A DNA stretch of 63,871 nucleotides, filler included, from Octopus bimaculoides (Eukaryota): assembly GCF_001194135.2 (NCBI RefSeq). It is 6 parts of 6 records of this genome, joined end to end, with 100 filler letters (N's around TTAATTAATTAA, not from the genome) between each part and the next. Parts side by side here need not be neighbours in the genome. Positions count along the whole stretch, not along the records: positions 36,464 to 60,438 come from NC_069000.1; positions 60,539 to 63,871 come from NW_026420110.1; 4 more parts are not named here. One strand, given 5' to 3'. The notes under the pieces are model-generated. The model was not told the origin of the DNA. It saw only the letters and a program-made list of their open reading frames with translations, and did no database searches. Position numbers and translations under genes: made by a program. Positions 52,151 to 63,176 of the stretch are shown one piece after another (position 1 is the stretch's first letter; each line of letters opens with the position of its first letter).

Positions 52151-53551
52151 GCGTGGTTAAAGAAGATGAAGCTGGTTGCGAAGCTCCACAGGATAGGCAA
52201 CTTAGCAAGCTTTTTACCGCTGTACTTAGATGGCCCAGCGTTGGCGCTATTCTTAGAGATGGAAGAGAGGGACCAACTTAGCGCAGAAAAAATAGAAATC
52301 CGCTTGATGGAGGCCTTTGCAGAAGGAATGTTTGAAGCATACGCTCGCCTGGGGAAAGCAAAGTGGACTGGCGAACAGGTCGACGTGTTTGCCAACAAAC
52401 TCAGGAGATTGGCGAAACTGGCGGGGTATGAAGGAGAATCGCTGGACCGGACGGTTAAGTTAGCGTTTGTGACTGGTTTTCCTGACCACATGTTGGTTGA
52501 ATTGCAGAAACTGCCGAATGTGAACTCCATGGCAATGGCGGATATTATAACTCGTGCTCGTGTGCTAGTTTCGTGTTGTAGATTGATGCCATTGGTGGCA
52601 ACTGCAACAGCAAAAGGTGGCCAATCAAGGAGTAGCGGAGAGGGGTCGAACAAGGAACGTGTGCGACCATTCAAAGGACAGTGTTTCCAGAGTCAGGGCC
52701 CGCACATGGTGCGAGACTGCAAGTTACCCAAGTCTGAGGTCATTTGCTACCATTGTCAGACATATAACCAGGGAATGTCTGCAGGGAAACGGTCTAATGG
52801 AGACTACTGCGCCAGTAGTCATCCCTTTGGATCAATAGAGGCACGTTTGTTGCTACCCGTTGTCGACATTCTGGTGGAGGGGAAGATGTCGCGAGCCCTA
52901 GTGGACACGAGCTGTACGACGACCCTGATGACTCCGGGAGTGGTAGAGACGTGGAGTGGAGAAAGCAGTGTGAGGGCAGTTGACGGAAGAGAGGTACGCT
53001 GTGAAGGTATTACAGACGTGCAGATTGAGGTGCAGGGAACAAAGCTGACGCTGCAAGCAATTGTAGTTGGCCACTTATTGGATGAGATTGACATGGTGAT
53101 AGGGATGGATGCAATCACCCGTTTAGGAGGTGTCACTGTCAACAAGGCCAGTGTGACTTTCAGGGTTGCGGGGAAACCGTGTATGGCGACACCGTGCATT
53201 GGTGAGAACCACAAAGAAAACTATGCCCCGCACACCATTGAAGACCAGGATTTTCGTGCTGCCTTCGATGGCCAGAGGTGGACAGTGGAGTGGCACTGGC
53301 GGGGAGAGCCCCCGACGTTGAAAAATAAAGTGGGCTGCTACCAGCATACTTTGAAAGGAGTTGCCAGAAGTGAGTTCGAGGGGGAGGTGGAGCAGAGGAT
53401 TAAGGAGGGCATATTGATCCCTTGGGAACAAGTAGAGAGCGGAGTCCTGCCGCTGATGGCAGTGGTACAGTCCACAAAGCATAAGGTCAGACCAGTGCTT
53501 GACTTCCGAGAGCTGAATGACTACATATCATGTCATACAGGCGGCAGATGA
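52151..53551 (+). CDS. Gypsy gag-protease-RT start (sequenced part of the polyprotein)
   Basis: Gag WLKKMKLVAKL, degenerate zinc knuckle CFQSQGPHMVRDC, protease ALVDTSCT, RT start VRPVLDFRELN. Confidence 0.85.
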   Translation, partial: AWLKKMKLVAKLHRIGNLASFLPLYLDGPALALFLEMEERDQLSAEKIEIRLMEAFAEGMFEAYARLGKAKWTGEQVDVFANKLRRLAKLAGYEGESLDRTVKLAFVTGFPDHMLVELQKLPNVNSMAMADIITRARVLVSCCRLMPLVATATAKGGQSRSSGEGSNKERVRPFKGQCFQSQGPHMVRDCKLPKSEVICYHCQTYNQGMSAGKRSNGDYCASSHPFGSIEARLLLPVVDILVEGKMSRALVDTSCTTTLMTPGVVETWSGESSVRAVDGREVRCEGITDVQIEVQGTKLTLQAIVVGHLLDEIDMVIGMDAITRLGGVTVNKASVTFRVAGKPCMATPCIGENHKENYAPHTIEDQDFRAAFDGQRWTVEWHWRGEPPTLKNKVGCYQHTLKGVARSEFEGEVEQRIKEGILIPWEQVESGVLPLMAVVQSTKHKVRPVLDFRELNDYISCHTGGR

Positions 53552-54028
53552 CAGGGGCCTTNNNNNNNNNNNNNNNNNNNNNNNNNNNNNNNNNNNNNNN
53601 NNNNNNNNNNNNNNNNNNNNNNNNNNNNNNNNNNNNNNNNNNNNNNNNNNNNNNNNNNNNNNNNNNNNNNNNNNNNNNNNNNNNNNNNNNNNNNNNNNNN
53701 NNNNNNNNNNNNNNNNNNNNNNNNNNNNNNNNNNNNNNNNNNNNNNNNNNNNNNNNNNNNNNNNNNNNNNNNNNNNNNNNNNNNNNNNNNNNNNNNNNNN
53801 NNNNNNNNNNNNNNNNNNNNNNNNNNNNNNNNNNNNNNNNNNNNNNNNNNNNNNNNNNNNNNNNNNNNNNNNNNNNNNNNNNNNNNNNNNNNNNNNNNNN
53901 NNNNNNNNNNNNNNNNNNNNNNNNNNNNNNNNNNNNNNNNNNNNNNNNNNNNNNNNNNNNNNNNNNNNNNNNNNNNNNNNNNNNNNNNNNNNNNNNNNNN
54001 NNNNNNNNNNNNNNNNNNNNNNNNNNNA

Positions 54029-55102
54029 GGAAGATGCAGCCTGGCTCAGGAAGATGCAGCCTGGCTCAGGAAGATGGATGACTGCAACCATATCAATGTG
54101 GCAGAGTTGGATGCCGTGCTGAAGGGGGTGAACCTGGCCTTGAAGTGGGAGTGGACAGGACATTGTTCCTAGCCAGGAAAGTCGACTCTGAGGTAACGAG
54201 ACGGAGCGTGCAGAGAGTGGTTAGCAGCTGTGACAGGTGCCAGTCTATCGACCCTGCTCCGGGCGTACATGAGACAGGAAGTATTCCAGTGGACCACGAC
54301 TGGAAACGACTGTCAGTGGACATAACACACTACCGGCAGGGTACGTACCTCTCAATAGTTGACTGCGGACCGGGGCGGATGGCCATATGGAGGGAGATGA
54401 AGACAGGGACTGCAAAGGAAATCATGAGAGTATTAAATGAGATATTCCTGGAACGAGGCCCCGTGGATGAGCTGCTGCTGGATAATGGCACTGCATTTCG
54501 CTCGGAGGTGCTGAAAGAAATGCTTGATGGGTGGCAGGTCAGCCGCTTCTTCAGGGCCAAGTGGAAATGGAGTGGTGGAAAGGCATTATTGTACCATCAA
54601 GACCATGGCAGAGAGGGGTCACATTTCACCAATTGAGTCCGTATTTTGGTACAATATGTCGCCCAGGTCAGGACAGGCTGAGGAGTCGGTGCCACACAGG
54701 GCAACATTCAAGTACGAGTGAAGGCATCTGTGTATTGCATCAATGCGACTCGGGGGAGAGGAAGAGCACACCTTTGTGCAGATCGGGGAAGAAGTTTGGG
54801 TAAAACCCCCAAATGCACGGTGTACATCACAATGGGGAAAAGGAACTATAACCTCCATCAATTCGAAGAACAAAGTCTCGGTCGATGGTATGCCACGCCA
54901 TGTTTTGGATGTGCAGAAGATTGTCAATACCTCAGAGGATGGAACCAGCAGCAGTGGGCAAGATGATGAAGACAGCAGCAGTAGGCAAGATGATGAAGCC
55001 AGCAGCAGCACGCCAGGAACTCAGGTCAGTCCCAGGGTCACACAGCGACCACAGAGGGAGCGGCACCCTCCTCCCTGGTTGGCTGATTACGAAACCAATT
55101 AA
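54029..55102 (+). pseudogene. Gypsy RNase H remnant and integrase, frameshifted
   Basis: HINVAELDAVLKGVNLALKW, CDRCQSIDPAP, WKRLSVDITHY, LLLDNGTAFRS, SGNGVVERHYCTIK. Confidence 0.85.
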
Positions 55103-56527
55103 GGTAGTTCGGGAGCGAGAAGTGAGTGGGAGAGCCGGTTGAGTGATCTGTAGATCGGGAANNNNNNNNNNNNNNNNNNNNNNNNNNNNNNNNNNNNNNN
55201 NNNNNNNNNNNNNNNNNNNNNTTGTGGTGTTTGTGGTGTTATGGGCTGTGATGAGCTATGTGGTGTTGGTGGAGAGGATTGCAGATGAAGCAAATGGAAG
55301 TGAAAACAGACTGGAAGTCGGCCACACGCGGTGGACAGCGGGCACGTGTGGGCAGTTCGAAGATGTGTTTTGATCTGGAGCAATCATTTATCCCACCATG
55401 GTCGACAAGGTAAGGTCCCAGCGTTTCGTTTTCCCTTTTGCTTCCTGTTGTTTTTTTCCTCCATCACAGCACAATATGTATATAACATATAGATTCTTCT
55501 GTCCCTACCATTCACTTTTTCCTCCCGGATATCAGCATGAAGGACTGCCAGTCTCCTTACCCAACTCTTAATACATCTACTTTCAATTCTGCACTCCAAC
55601 TCTCTAATCTCTTCAATTATACCTCTTCTTACATTGAAACAAGTCATTTACCTTGGTGAATCCGATGTTCAGACCTCTTCTTAACTCTTACTCTCATGTG
55701 ATGCCGATTCCCACCTTGCAGAAACTGAATCCACAACTCTCTACAACAGTTGTTTCTACTCCTCAAGGCTTAGGTGATGTCCACTTGGGCACTCCTAACT
55801 CACTCATCTCTCCTCTTCTTATCATATATATTTTCAAACTGGGTTAGGCCTTCTTCCTCTAGAATTCCCTCCTTGTCAATGGTTTTTCATATAGTCATCA
55901 ACTTACAACAGTTAGAAAAGAACGTTAACTGCATCATCTAACAGGTTTTGGAAAAATCTGCAATTACCATGACTACAGCCAATAAAAAACAATTTGATAG
56001 AACAGCTGATCCAGTGATGGTTGTCAAATCACATATCTATCACTTGTTGAGTAACTGCATTCCTAATTACATGACAGAGCTCTTGGTATTCCCTCTTCTC
56101 AAATCAACTAAACTAAACCTTCAGCCTGCCAAAGATCTCCAAGTTTTCAACTTTTTATGCATATATTTTAGTCAGAGGAAGAAAAACAGCACTCATGATC
56201 TCTTTATGGCTTTAGTGATAGGTCGGGTGACTGGAGAAAATTGTTCTCAGATCAATGCTTGCAATATAGAGCATTCTGTTTAAGGCTTCAAGGCCCAGGT
56301 GGTGGTGTTAGAAGAGTGATGGCCTTCCACACAGTTTCCATCAACTACATTTCACTTAAGAGCCTCCAGTTGACCTGATGATATGGTAGAAAACCAATAC
56401 CCAAAGTGCTATACAGTGAGATTGAACTGGAAACCATGGAGTTGTGAAACAAACTTTCTAATCAGACAACCATATCTATTTGATTTGAACAAAGCACTAG
56501 AAACTATAAATTAGATTTTATACTTAC

Positions 56528-56690
56528 TTTATACATTCAGCAAGATTAAGAATGGTTAGTTGCTTGCAAGTTGCTAAATATCGAAGACATATATCTGTTA
56601 GTCTCTGGCAATCTGCTAAATAGATATGACTCACATTGGGACACATTCGGCTTAGCAGCTTGATAGACATGTCAGAGATACGATTGTTAC
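56528..56690 (-). CDS. FBXL13: FBXL13/DRC6 exon (most 5' exon found in this window)
   Basis: Acceptor tattatag, donor AA|GTAAGT; (G)NNRISDMSIKLLSRMCPNVSHIYLADCQRLTDICLRYLATCKQLTILNLAECI, similar to vertebrate FBXL13 GNKRVTD..SHIYMADC..QLTVLNLANC as recalled. Confidence 0.9.
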
Positions 56691-57396
56691 CTATAATAGA
56701 TGAGTTATCATTTTAGAAGAGAATCACATATGCATACAATTTGTTCAACCTTACATTTATCTACACTTACACCCACATGTACAAACAGAAATAAGCCAAT
56801 GAAAGGACCTTTAGGTGATAGCATGATCTGCTATAAACAGCAGCTAAAACACCCTCAAATCACATCATGATACTGTCTTCCAAACAGGAATGGAGGAGAT
56901 GTATTAAATAATGTAGTCCTGCATGCAGAATCTCTGAAAAATGAGGGTGGTCATGGCTAGAATGTTTTTGATAATAATAGATCCATTCAGTTAGGATTGA
57001 TTGTAGCTAAGCAACAACAACAACAACAACAACACACACACACACACACGCACATATATTTATATGGCGAAATGATGACAGATATTACACTACCAACTTA
57101 TAAATAGTGAATTCATATTAGAACATGTGTCTTAAATGAATTAGTCTTGTTTGATTACTTCTTAGTTTGAGCAAGTGATAATGTGAGGCACAATAACCTT
57201 ATTCACATACAAACACACAAATATTCGTTTTCTTCCCATTCTTTGAAACACAATAATTGAGTAGAACTTAGAAAGAAAAGGAAGGTGAAATTATTATACA
57301 TGATGATGTTGTTGTTTAGCTCCAGATTAGTCATGCTAAAGCAATTGTATGATTAAAAACATTCCAGGTATGACCATTGCTTTTTTTTATCACATA

Positions 57397-58268
57397 AACG
57401 AAGTGATGTCAAAAGGTTCCCAGACTAATTATGTTTAATAAAACATAACTTAGTTACCTAAGTTTGAACATCATCTCCTTCGAAATAGTCACCCTTGCAC
57501 AGCAATATGCTGGTCCCAGCATTCCTGCCACTTTTGGAATCCAGTCTGGAAGTTGTTTTCCATAAGCAAGTTGAGGACTTTCTGCGATTTGCTCTTGATC
57601 TCGAGAACAGTGGTAAAATGGCAACCTTTGAGCTGCATTTTCATCTTAGGGAAGAGATGGAAGTCTGAGGTGCTAAATCTGGCAAACAGAGTGGGTGTGG
57701 AAGTGATACCATGTTGTTTTTGGCAAGAAATTCATGAGTGAGGAGAGTTCGGTGACAGAGTGCATTGTCGTGAAGAATTCAATTCTCTGCACTCCACAGA
57801 TCCAGTCCTTCCTCAAATACTTCAAAACGTTGCAGCAAAACTCTCAATTGATTGTCTGGTCCAGAGGGACAAATTCTCAATGCACAATACCACATTGCCG
57901 GGGGCTGATGTTTGTGGCAAGTCTTCTAGGGACATTCTTCCACTTTTGAAGTATCTGTGCCACTCAAACATGGCATACAACCAATTGCCTCATCACTGTA
58001 AGCTTGCTGAAGTATGCCCAATGTCTCTGTAGCATTCTTCTCAAGTTTAACGCAAAATTTCACATTAGCTCTTTGTTCCTGTCCATGACAAAATTGCAGA
58101 CTACAGCATACACGTGATCACAAAAACACAAATTTCACAGCTTGCAAAGTAAACACAGTAATGCCACTTGGCACACTGCCACATGAAAGTGACTGAGAAT
58201 AACACCGTATGTTGCTGTCTGTTCACATGCTACAAAACTAGTCCAGGAACTTTTTGATACCATGTCAT
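57397..58268 (-). mobile_element. Mariner transposon, internally deleted
   Basis: Transposase end GDYFEGD at ~57475-57500; TIRs tcaaaaggttcccagacta / tagtccaggaactttttga. Confidence 0.8.
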
Positions 58269-59100
58269 AGTTTATTTTAGACTACATTATCTAACTTCTT
58301 TTTTGTTTTGTTTTTATGTCGTTTAAATACAAAGAAACAGAAAAAAAAAGAAAGATAAAAACAGAAAAGAAAGAAAAAAATTGTTGGGGAGTATAGCAGC
58401 AGAAGATGGAGGGAGAGGGGCAGTGGGCCATATGCTCCAGAACAAATGGTGTGCTCAGCCGCACCCTGCAGTAGTGACCACAATGGTGTCGCTGTGGAGA
58501 ATGGCCAGCAATACTTGTTGCAGCAGCAGCCACTCGACCTGGCGAGACTCATTTCTCAAATGAGCAGCTGTTATCCTTCCTTCTTAAAGACTATAAGTTG
58601 TTTTTTCAGAGAGATTTGACTGCTCTTCTTACCAGGTCAAGTAAACATATAGAGGCTCTTTTGTTATGCATGATGAACATACTCAACTCTTTATGGATTG
58701 TTGTAATCCTGTAAGGCAGTGATTATCTCCCTTAAGTGAATTTCAAATAAATTTTTCCTTCCAATCAGATATCAGTCTATCACTGTGCAGAATAGTACTA
58801 CAAGTCAACAAGACATTTGTGGATTATATGCAGCTGTTAGTCCTTACAGCAGTGAACTATACTACACTACAGATACTACTTGGAGCAGGATGGGCTTGGC
58901 ACTTTTAGGGTTATGTGACATGATTACAGACACAATATATACTCACAAGCATAAACTTAACAGATAATACTGAGAAATGAGAAAGTAGTCAATTGGTTTC
59001 AAGAAACATCAACCAAATTGCCCTCATTAAAAAAGAGGAGACATTGAATAATTTGAACCTATGTTTTTCAGGTGCTGACTTGCACCTGCTGCTGCTGCCG

Positions 59101-59184
<84 letters not shown>

Positions 59185-59185
<1 letters not shown>

Positions 59186-59583
59186 TCTGATGCAGTACCA
59201 GGCAGTGGCTCTCATGGCTTATGATCTTAGCTAATTGGAAGTGGTATCATGTACATGTTTTGTCTTTAAAAGATGGTCTACAGAAAATATTCTGCTCAAT
59301 ACCACAGATTACCTTGTCAACTGCTTGACCATAACCAGCTGAGTATGTCCTTTTTTAACTGATGATATGTGCATCTCAGATCATAAGCAAGAGTAGTCGG
59401 AGAACATCATAGCCATGTGTTGAGAGGAATTCTTTGATGTTTGAATAATTCACTTCTGGAAACATAGTGGTGAAGTATGTGCCTGGTGTACCTTTATCAG
59501 ATGGGTAATCATGATGTGTATATTGGGCTTTGTATACTTGTGCCTCAGTGTCATTTTGATGGTATGCACTGCTCTCTCACTCA
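59185..59583 (-). repeat. Interspersed repeat family A, copy 2 (internally deleted)
   Basis: Homologous to 8110-8672. Confidence 0.8.
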
Positions 59584-59597
59584 ATAATGATGATGAT

Positions 59598-60250
59598 AGA
59601 GTGGGTGAAACCATTGCCCATATTACAAACAAATGCCCTAGATTTGCCCAAAACTACTACAAGCTGTGGCGACAAAATCAGGTAGCGAAAGTGCTACATT
59701 GGAAACTGTGTGAAAAGTCGGGGCTGGACAGAAGCAAGATATGGTATGAGCACAAACCATAAAGTGTGGCAGAGTTCTGCATAATCTTCTGGGATTTCCC
59801 AATCTAAACAGATCAGGAGCGAGAGCATAACAGACTGGACCTAGTGGTAGTGGACAAGATGTGCAACATATGCTATATAGCTGATGTTGCATGCCCCTTT
59901 GACCCATGAATAGTCAAGAAGGAAGGCGAAAAGATGGATAAATACAACCCTCTTAAGTACGAAATAGCCCGGCTATGGAAAATGAAGAAGGTGAAGATAG
60001 TGCTAATTATTGTTGGGTCCTTGGGAACAGTATCAGAAGGCATCAAGGGGAATATAAAAGAAACTAGAATAGAGTGCCCAGTAGAACTGTTACAAAAGGT
60101 TTGCCTCCTTGGCATGGCCAGAATAATCAGGAAAGTATTAAATAGCTGAAAAGAATGGATAGCATGGTCTCGTAGGCTGCAGGTAAAAAACCTGCTATGC
60201 ATGTAAAACTCCAGGAGCTAACAAAACCTGTGATAAAGAGAAATAATAAT
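59598..60250 (+). mobile_element. R4/Dong-clade non-LTR retrotransposon, 5'-truncated 3' end (restriction-like endonuclease)
   Basis: ETIAHITNKCP, RQNQVAKVLHW, IILWDF, RLDLVVVDK, DVACPFD, KYNPLKYEIARLW, IIVGSLG; ends in an AAT tail. Confidence 0.9.
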
Positions 60251-60539
60251 CATCATCATCATCATCATCGTTTAACGTCCGCTTTCCATGCTAGCATGGG
60301 TTGGACGATTTGACTGAGGACTGGTGAAACCGGATGGCAACACCAGGCTCCAGTCTGATTTGGCAGAGTTTCTACAGCTGGATGCCCTTCCTAACGCCAA
60401 CCACTCAGAGAGTGTAGTGGGTGCTTTTACGTGTCACCNNNNNNNNNNNNNNNNNNNNNNNNNNNNNNNNNNNNNNNNNNNNTTAATTAATTAANNNNNN
60501 NNNNNNNNNNNNNNNNNNNNNNNNNNNNNNNNNNNNNNT

Positions 60540-60955
60540 GTGAATCCCTAAAACTTGAGAACTACACAACCAATTTCATTCAAATTTTCCATATGCCTTA
60601 CTTACGGTCCAGGTAGTGTTTTAGGTCAGAACAATTTTTAACTTCTTGCTTAGTGCGAGCCCACTGCAATGTCACATCTCCTCCACTATTGTAGTATTAC
60701 GTGTCAAAAGGGAAAAATAACATCTCTCTATTCCAATGTCAGACAGTTTCACTTTAATACTGAAACTATTAAAGTGAAACTATTATCTCACATATAACAC
60801 TGTGTGGTAACATAAAATATAAACTGAAGCTAAAACTTATTAAATTATTCTTATTGTTTCTTCAACTTACCGGAGAAGAGTTCCTGGCTCCTTTTACTGC
60901 AGGCGAAGGAGTAAAACACGAAGATATTTTGACTTGTCCGGGCATTGCTATTACA
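60540..60955 (+). mobile_element. Non-autonomous repeat, possibly Helitron-like
   Basis: aaaacttgagaactacacaaccaatttcattcaaatttt leader and cttgtccgggcattgcta end; family recalled from style only. Confidence 0.3.
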
Positions 60956-61036
60956 AACAAATTAATTCGACTCGTGACATAAACACAAACTACCTCATGC
61001 AGACTGCAAAACTCCTGCCAAATTAGCCAGAAACAC

Positions 61037-61078
<42 letters not shown>

Positions 61079-62143
61079 NNNNNNNNNNNNNNNNNNNNNN
61101 NNNNNNNNNNNNNNNNNNNNNNNNNNNNNNNNNNNNNNNNNNNNNNNNNNNNNNNNNNNNNNNNNNNNNNNNNNNNNNNNNNNNNNNNNNNNNNNNNNNN
61201 NNNNNNNNNNNNNNNNNNNNNNNNNNNNNNNNNNNNNNNNNNNNNNNNNNNNNNNNNNNNNNNNNNNNNNNNNNNNNNNNNNNNNNNNNNNNNNNNNNNN
61301 NNNNNNNNNNNNNNNNNNNNNNNNNNNNNNNNNNNNNNNNNNNNNNNNNNNNNNNNNNNNNNNNNNNNNNNNNNNNNNNNNNNNNNNNNNNNNNNNNNNN
61401 NNNNNNNNNNNNNNNNNNNNNNNNNNNNNNNNNNNNNNNNNNNNNNNNNNNNNNNNNNNNNNNNNNNNNNNNNNNNNNNNNNNNNNNNNNNNNNNNNNNN
61501 NNNNNNNNNNNNNNNNNNNNNNNNNNNNNNNNNNNNNNNNNNNNNNNNNNNNNNNNNNNNNNNNNNNNNNNNNNNNNNNNNNNNNNNNNNNNNNNNNNNN
61601 NNNNNNNNNNNNNNNNNNNNNNNNNNNNNNNNNNNNNNNNNNNNNNNNNNNNNNNNNNNNNNNNNNNNNNNNNNNNNNNNNNNNNNNNNNNNNNNNNNNN
61701 NNNNNNNNNNNNNNNNNNNNNNNNNNNNNNNNNNNNNNNNNNNNNNNNNNNNNNNNNNNNNNNNNNNNNNNNNNNNNNNNNNNNNNNNNNNNNNNNNNNN
61801 NNNNNNNNNNNNNNNNNNNNNNNNNNNNNNNNNNNNNNNNNNNNNNNNNNNNNNNNNNNNNNNNNNNNNNNNNNNNNNNNNNNNNNNNNNNNNNNNNNNN
61901 NNNNNNNNNNNNNNNNNNNNNNNNNNNNNNNNNNNNNNNNNNNNNNNNNNNNNNNNNNNNNNNNNNNNNNNNNNNNNNNNNNNNNNNNNNNNNNNNNNNN
62001 NNNNNNNNNNNNNNNNNNNNNNNNNNNNNNNNNNNNNNNNNNNNNNNNNNNNNNNNNNNNNNNNCACACACACACACACACACACTAAATAAAAAAATGT
62101 TAGTAAGTAAATGTGTTTTAAAAAAGATTGGTAAATTTTCAGA

Positions 62144-62236
62144 TTAACACCCGCCCGATTTTCACTACAGTGCTGGGTTCGGGTTTTAGGGTCAGGGTTA
62201 GGGTTAGGGTTAGGTAGGTAATCGTGCGGGTGTTAA
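62144..62236. repeat. Interstitial telomere-like (TTAGGG)n core flanked by 17-bp inverted repeats
   Basis: ttaacacccgcccgatt (62144-62160) and aatcgtgcgggtgttaa (62220-62236); TTAGGG TCAGGG TTAGGG TTAGGG TTAGG at 62186-62214. Confidence 0.85.
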
Positions 62237-62439
62237 TGTCAAGATTTACGAAAAAAATTTCAAAAAAACAGTTTGTAGGGAATAAAAGTTTATCGATCGT
62301 ATTTACAGTCTACAACGTCTCATATGTGCCTCAACTAAACTCATTTTAATATCATAAAGTCGATACGAATTAGACTTGTATGATATAAAGTAATTTGAAA
62401 AAACATTTTTAGGAAAAATATAAAATTTGTTGCCTATTT

Positions 62440-62800
62440 TACCCTAAGTATTAAAAGAGCATATCCCATCATATTCCGTGGTCTGTTGCCATCGTTATGC
62501 AAGAAGCTCAATTCCATGCTTATACCATTTGGCTGGTTTAGAGGCAAAATAACTCCCTGCATCCGTTTTCAATCTCATCCACATTGTTGAACTTTCATCC
62601 ATGCAGTTAATAAGACATGCCTCGGAAAAGGTGGTAATCTGATGGTGTAGGCAGGGCGAGGCAGCATTTCTAGACACACCCCTAATTCCTCAAGTTTGCG
62701 GTTGATCATATTGGCAGTGTGTGCTCAGGCATTGGGATTCTGTAGGAGTGCAGACAAGGTATTTTCAACCAGAGCCTCTGGTAGAGATCACTTTCTTAAG
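62440..62800 (-). mobile_element. Mariner transposase C-terminal fragment
   Basis: AHTANMINRKLEELG..MLPRPAY..SDYHLFRGMS..YFASKPAKWYKHGIELLA.RWQQ. Confidence 0.8.
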
Positions 62801-63047
62801 GTACTATGATGTGAGATGAAATACAGTACACGTTGGTTGCGAAGAGATCTTCTTTAGCACCCACACCCGCACCCATTATGTTAACAATTTAGATACAAAA
62901 CACATTCCCCACCCACTAGAGCAAGAACAACCGTCAGGCTTGAACTCGCCTGTAATACATATTGTGTTTATTTGTACTAAATAAAGTAATAATGTATCAC
63001 TTTATTCTATTGAATAAATTAGTTTATTTAATTACTTCTCTTTACAG

Positions 63048-63176
63048 GTTATACAAGAGTCTAACACCGGAGAAAATAAAAAGCTTAACAGTCATATTAT
63101 TGGTGCAAATATTCCAAACATTCAAATGACCAACCTTAGTGAACCAGTTAATATATCATTGACTTTAAAACGTCAG
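63048..63176 (+). CDS. Adhesion GPCR internal exon (GAIN domain, just upstream of the GPS motif)
   Basis: Acceptor ttacttctctttacag, donor CAG|GTAATA, 129 nt phase 0-0; VIQESNTGENKKLNSHIIGANIPNIQMTNLSEPVNISLTLKRQ fits the LNS.VI.A....NL..PV.I.F GAIN pattern. Confidence 0.75.

Larger units (their letters stand above)
51573..55473 (+). mobile_element. Ty3/Gypsy LTR retrotransposon with both LTRs and a 5-bp TSD
   Basis: TG...CA termini; TSD ATATG at 51568-51572 and 55474-55478; 3' LTR 55223-55473 matches the 5' LTR starting at 51573. Confidence 0.95.

Noticed and set aside
60862-61020. Minus-strand CCG|GTAAGT donor as the missing upstream FBXL13 exon
   Set aside because: The phase-1 frame (SNARTSQNIFVFYSFACSKRSQELFS) is not LRR-like and lies inside a repeat.
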